Shown here one piece after another: positions 22,754 to 24,000 of a DNA stretch of 24,000 bases; within the stretch, counting starts at the first letter, position 1; the number at the start of each line of letters is the position of its first letter. A program made the translations under genes and the position numbers. The DNA is from Thaumarchaeota archaeon CSP1-1 (GTDB lineage Archaea; Thermoproteota; Nitrososphaeria; Nitrososphaerales; Nitrosopumilaceae), in the NCBI GenBank assembly GCA_001443365.1, contig LDXL01000004.1, forward strand, positions 1 to 24,000, in the 5' to 3' direction. The notes under the pieces are model-generated. The model did not search any database. It saw only the letters and a program-made list of their open reading frames with translations, and was not told where the DNA came from.

Positions 22754-23544
22754 TGAAACATCAAGCAGAAATTGGGATTTTTGGTGGAACTGGGATATAT
22801 GATTCTGGTCTACTCCAAGATACAAACGAAATTTCAATTGACACACCATATGGCAAACCTTCTGACACAATTACAATTGGAGATTTCAAAGATAGAAAAA
22901 TTGCTTTCATGCCCAGACATGGGAAAAAACACACCATACCTCCTCATATGATAAATTATAAGGCAAATATTTGGGCATTCAAAGAACTTGGCGTTAAACG
23001 AATTATTGCTCCATCTGCTGTTGGAAGTCTAAAAGAAGAATTTGCACCAGGACATTTTGCATTACCTTCACAGTTTCTTGATTTTACGAAATCACGTGAT
23101 GGATCTTTTTCAGAAAATGGCAGAGTGATTCACATCTCAGTAGCTGATCCCTTTTGTCCCGAACTTCAAGATTTAATTCTAAAAGTTGCACAAAATCAAA
23201 AAATAACAATGCATAAGGATTGTACTTATGTCTGCATTGAAGGACCAAGGTTTTCAACTAAAGCTGAATCAAAGTTCTTCAGAACAACAGATGCTGATAT
23301 AATAGGAATGACACTTGTTCCAGAGTGCCAATTAGCCAGAGAAGCACAAATCTGTTATGTTTCAATATCTAGCATAACTGATTATGATGTATGGGCTGGA
23401 AAACCTGTAACAGCAAAAGAAGTATTGGAAACCATATCAAAAAACGTTGTATTAACAAAGAATTTGCTTACTTCTATTATAGATAAGATTCCAAAAACAA
23501 GAGGATGCTATTGTGAAAAGGCTCTATCTGAAGCAGAGTTTTAA
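22753..23544 (+). CDS. mtnP: S-methyl-5'-thioadenosine phosphorylase (MTAP / PNP family)
   Basis: 263 aa. Motifs [41 protein letters not shown] and IIGMTLVPE. Its ATG overlaps the apt stop (TAATG at 22751-22755). Confidence 0.85.
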   Translation: MKHQAEIGIFGGTGIYDSGLLQDTNEISIDTPYGKPSDTITIGDFKDRKIAFMPRHGKKHTIPPHMINYKANIWAFKELGVKRIIAPSAVGSLKEEFAPGHFALPSQFLDFTKSRDGSFSENGRVIHISVADPFCPELQDLILKVAQNQKITMHKDCTYVCIEGPRFSTKAESKFFRTTDADIIGMTLVPECQLAREAQICYVSISSITDYDVWAGKPVTAKEVLETISKNVVLTKNLLTSIIDKIPKTRGCYCEKALSEAEF

Positions 23545-23825
23545 TCATCAACAAAAGTGTCTCTTTTTAATCCCTCTGGGAGTGATAAATTTCCTTCTAA
23601 CAAATTTTTTTGAAGAGTCATTATGACTTCTTCTACATCATATCCTAACTTTTCAAGGGATTTTTCAGTGGTTTTTGAAATTTTAACTCCTACGTTTTGA
23701 CCTCCAATTCTTCCAAATGCAATTGCTGTAAATTTAAACAAGTTATTTTCTATCTCAAACTTGCCAATAATTTTAGCTGCCATTTGGCTTCCATGAATGT
23801 TACTGATGTTCACCTTAATGTCCAT
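23541..23825 (-). CDS. hypothetical protein (94 aa)
   Basis: Clean ORF with normal amino-acid composition. Its stop overlaps the mtnP stop convergently. It starts 8 nt after the stop of an upstream partial ORF. No family recognised. Confidence 0.45.
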   Translation of the reverse strand: MDIKVNISNIHGSQMAAKIIGKFEIENNLFKFTAIAFGRIGGQNVGVKISKTTEKSLEKLGYDVEEVIMTLQKNLLEGNLSLPEGLKRDTFVDD

Positions 23826-23833
23826 TCTTAAAC

Positions 23834-24000
23834 CTAAATTTCAACAGCTCTGCCTATGTGATCATCAATTAGAAAACTCCAATGGTGATCATCTTCTATT
23901 TTAAAATTTTTGATTTTTAATTCAATGATTTTCTCATCAACTGTTTCAAAATTGATAGAGCCACTTTCTTTTATTTTGGTTAATTTCCACTTGTCTTTTC
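23834..24000 (-). CDS. 3' end of a hypothetical CDS running off the window edge
   Basis: My own translation of the minus strand is ...KDKWKLTKIKESGSINFETVDEKIIELKIKNFKIEDDHHWSFLIDDHIGRAVEI, ending at the TAG at 23834-23836. The frame is open to the window edge. Product unknown. Confidence 0.3.
   Translation of the reverse strand, partial: KDKWKLTKIKESGSINFETVDEKIIELKIKNFKIEDDHHWSFLIDDHIGRAVEI

Noticed and set aside
1-24000. Scan for tRNA/rRNA genes, CRISPR arrays, IS elements, integrases and long direct or inverted repeats
   Set aside because: I saw no T-loop/acceptor-like conserved tRNA sequences in the intergenic gaps. I saw no regularly spaced 25-40-bp repeats and no transposase- or integrase-like ORFs. 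The only clear DNA repeat is the 33-bp coding repeat at 16950-17070. A by-eye scan cannot exclude short or degenerate repeats.

Overview
The window is a visibly AT-rich archaeal chromosomal segment; I did not compute base composition. It is densely packed with information-processing and nucleotide-metabolism genes. These include the conserved L21e-RpoF-DUF655-KsgA cluster, RadA, S30e, a large radical SAM enzyme, PyrK-PyrD, Nop5-fibrillarin, RNase HII, Trm1, RlmE, a TFE-beta/RPC34-like factor, APRT and MTAP. The archaea-specific genes, the TFE-beta-like protein and a tubulin-like gene together suggest a thaumarchaeon of the Nitrosopumilales, possibly Nitrosoarchaeum. That taxonomic call is inference only. 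I saw no rRNA, tRNA, CRISPR array, transposase or integrase. Two regions stand out from the housekeeping background. (1) At 10.9-14.8 kb there is a bona fide tubulin-like GTPase (artubulin type) that matches eukaryotic tubulin motif for motif. A coiled-coil protein of unknown function follows it tightly, and it sits divergent from a zinc-ribbon membrane protein. Three sub-60-aa Cys-rich or metal-binding ORFs that the ORF track missed surround it. (2) At 17.2-22.2 kb there is a block of three lineage-specific genes. One is a 700-aa ABC-type ATPase fused to a Toprim-like domain (OLD/PARIS-like single-gene defence candidate) whose DxD motif reads DNS. Another is a 713-aa secreted protein made of six tandem beta-sandwich-like modules. 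Smaller observations: a 33-bp tandem repeat encoding a K/E-rich array in the TFE-beta-like gene, a C6-T-C7 tract at the 5' end of the tubulin-like gene, several essential genes that need non-ATG (TTG/GTG) starts, and a DD-for-DE substitution in the RNase HII catalytic motif. All family assignments come from reading motifs by eye; no database search was run.
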